DNA of 64,000 nt from Malacoraja senta (taxonomy: Eukaryota). Shown here piece by piece: positions 61,527 to 64,000 of the stretch. Position numbers and translations under genes: made by a program. Under the pieces are notes generated by a model. It saw only the letters and a program-made list of their open reading frames with translations. It made no database searches and had not been told where the DNA came from. Each line of letters starts with the position of its first letter. Position 1 is the first letter of the stretch. Where the stretch lies: assembly GCA_038087875.1 (NCBI GenBank), contig CM075987.1:25794001-25858000 (forward strand), written 5' to 3'.

Positions 61527-61975
61527 CATTTGTTGCGTGCTATCCAGTCAGCGGAAAGACAATACATGATTACAACCGTCCACAATGTACAGATACAGGA
61601 TAAGGGGAATAATGTTTAGTGCAAGATAAAGTCCAGTAAAGTCCAATTAAAGATAGTCTGAGGGTCTCCAATGAGGTAGATAGTAGCCCAGGACTGCTGT
61701 CGAGTTGTTGATAGGATGGTTCAGTTTCCTGATAGCAGCTGGGAAGAAACTGTCCCTGAGTCTGGATATGTGTTTTCACACTTCTATATCTCTTGCCTGA
61801 TGGGAGATGGGAGAAGAAGGAGTGATCCTTAGTGTAGTGTGAAGTGTAGATGGAGTCAATGGGAGGGAGGTTGGTTTGCGTGGTGGTCTGGGCTGCGTCC
61901 GCAATTCTCTACAAATTATTTCGGCCTTGGGTGAAGCTGTTGCCAAACCATTGCTGTGATGTAATCTAATAACAT
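61527..61975 (-). mobile_element. Rex1/Babar LINE 3' fragment (degraded)
   Basis: Matches 33359-33627 and the UTR at 16530-16782. Confidence 0.82.
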
Positions 61976-62229
61976 CATCCAAATGTTAGAATTTTGAATA
62001 GGTTTGTCTCATAACAGGTACCATTTAATTACGTGTGGGGGGAATTAACCAGCACGGCAGAACGTTTTACTTGACCTTTTCAATGTAAGACATCTTAAGA
62101 AGCAATAATTTGTGAAAAGTTCTCAAAGAATTCAAAGTTGCTGTTAATTCACCCAGAATTTAAGAATACATCAAAATAACCTCCTTCAGAGTGTTATGCA
62201 GGCACAGTTTGATTGATTGAAAGAAACAG

Positions 62230-62539
62230 GATGGAAACAGGCCCTTCAGCCCACCAAGTCTATACTGACCTGCAGATCACATGTTCGCACTGGTTCTATG
62301 TTATCCCATTGTTGCATCCATTGCCTATATCTATCTATCATGGGCAATTTCCAGAGGCCAATCGACCTGCAAACCCTCACGCCTTTGGGATGTGGGAAGA
62401 GACCGGAGCAACCAGAAGAAACCCAAGCAATCACAGTGAGAATGTGCAAACTCCACACAGACAGCAGCCGAGGTCAGAATTGAACCCCTGTCTCTGTCGC
62501 TGTGAGACAACAGCTCTACCAGTTGCATCATTGTGCCGC
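62230..62539 (-). mobile_element. V-SINE (older variant)
   Basis: Head, V domain, tail. Confidence 0.78.
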
Positions 62540-62645
62540 TATAAATTTATTGTTTCCTTCCGAGAGACCATTGGCTCCTTGTTGATGTGCCGACCAGTGG
62601 GAAATACTTTTATTCCAGAGGCTCTTGTATATAGGAAGGAACTAC

Positions 62646-62892
62646 AGGTACACAAAAATGCTGGAGAAACTCAGCGGGTGCAGCAGCATCTATGGAGCGA
62701 AGGAAATAGGCAACGTTTCGGGCCGAAACCCTGAAGGAAATAGGCAACGTTTCGGTCCGAAACCCGGAAGGGTTTCGGTCCGAAACGTTGCCTATTTCCT
62801 TCGCTCCATAGATGCTGCTGCGCCCGCTGAGTTTCTCCAGCATTTTTGTGTACCTTCGATTTTCCAGCATCTGCAGTTCCTTCTTTAACACA
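62646..62892. mobile_element. Young 247-bp PLE-derived palindromic element ('flop' isomer)
   Basis: Same arms and tail as 44195-44441 with the spacer inverted; TSD AGGAACTAC (62637-62645, 62893-62901); inserted in the tail of a subfamily A copy that runs to about 63161. Confidence 0.92.
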
Positions 62893-63272
62893 AGGAACTA
62901 CAGGTGCTGGTTTAAACCGAAGATAGACACAAAATGCTGGAGTAACTCAGCGGGACAGGCAGCATCTCCGGAGAGAAGGAATAGGTGATGTATCAGGTCG
63001 AGACCCTTCTTCAGACCTTGGAGAGAGGAGGAGAACCTCTTCAGTTGGAGAGAACATCTAAAGCGTCTGAAGAAGGGTCTTGACCTGAAACTGTCACCCA
63101 TTCCTTCTGTCCAGAGATGCTGCCTTTCCTGCTGAGTTACGCCAGCATTTTGCGTCTATCTCAGCTCTTGTATATACATGCACTCGCAGAAATGCAGGCA
63201 CAACCGCACAGCAACAAACTATGTGGACCCACTTGGGACCCGCTTGGCCCACGCTCAATACCGTTTGCAAGT

Positions 63273-63675
63273 AGGATGAGGAAGGACCTCATTAAAATGT
63301 ACTGAATAGAGAAAAGGCCTGGATAGAGTGGATGTGGGGAGGATGGTTCCACTAGTGGGAGAGTCTAGGTCCAGAGGCCATAGCCTCACAATAAAATGAT
63401 GTTCCTTTAGGAAGGAGATGAGGAGGAAATTCCTTAGTTAGAGGGTAGTGAATCTGTAGAATTAATTCATTGCCACAGAAGGCTGTGGAATCCAAGTCAA
63501 TGGATATTTTTAAGCCAGAGAGATAGATTCTTGATTAGTACGGGTGTCAGGGGTTATGGGAAGAAGGCAGGTGAATGGGTTTTGTGAGGGAAAGAAAGAT
63601 CAGCCATGATTGAATGGCAGAGTAGACTTGATGGGCTGAATTCTGCCTCCATCACTTACAAATTTAAGAACTTAT
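63273..63675 (+). mobile_element. CR1-like 3' fragment (older)
   Basis: Degraded ORF2 C-terminus and UTR. Confidence 0.83.
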
Positions 63676-63879
63676 GAAGTCTGCTTTTTATCACACTCCA
63701 GTTAACCTCACCGGCATGTCTTTCAATTAAGTGTCCATTATTCATGAGTTGACATTGACAGTGGAAGCAAAACACTATTTGTCCAGGGTTCTGAATCTTC
63801 AATTCTGCAATGATAGATAATGATCAAGACTGGGAATTATAAAGACCAATCTCCCTTCTTCATGTTCATAAGTTCCGGG

Positions 63880-64000
63880 AGGCCATTCGGCCCATCGAGT
63901 CTACTCCGCCATTCAATCATGGCTGATCTATCTTTCCCTCTCAACCCCATTCTCATGCCTTCTCCCCACTAACCCCTGACACCCGTACTAATCAAGAATC
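63880..64000 (-). mobile_element. CR1-like 3' UTR, runs off the window
   Basis: Matches 47905-48025. Confidence 0.83.

Overview
Eukaryotic, repeat-saturated, essentially non-coding DNA (long intron or intergenic). It is most likely from a cartilaginous fish, probably a skate or ray; this is inferred from about 35 HE1-like V-SINEs and their partner CR1/HER1-like LINE 3' ends. No host protein-coding gene could be identified, and almost all supplied ORFs are translations of repeats. Contents: HE1-like tRNA/V-SINEs; truncated CR1, Rex1/Babar, L2 and L1 LINEs; two short non-autonomous RTE derivatives; one CORE-SINE resembling teleost AFC SINEs; Penelope-like (PLE) 3' fragments and their short palindromic derivatives carrying minimal hammerhead ribozyme motifs; PIF/Harbinger-type MITEs; a nested hAT-like element; a foldback-like element; micro- and minisatellites. 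Main observations: (1) two young 247-bp PLE-derived palindromes are exact flip/flop isomers of each other; (2) two divergent RTE derivatives share a covarying ~140-nt RNA fold, each followed by a pseudoknot (candidate ribozyme or IRES); (3) intact minimal hammerhead cores are tied to a Penelope GIY-YIG 3' end; (4) a teleost-like SINE and an L2 share a 3' tail. Repeat boundaries were read by eye and are approximate except where target-site duplications (TSDs) are quoted.
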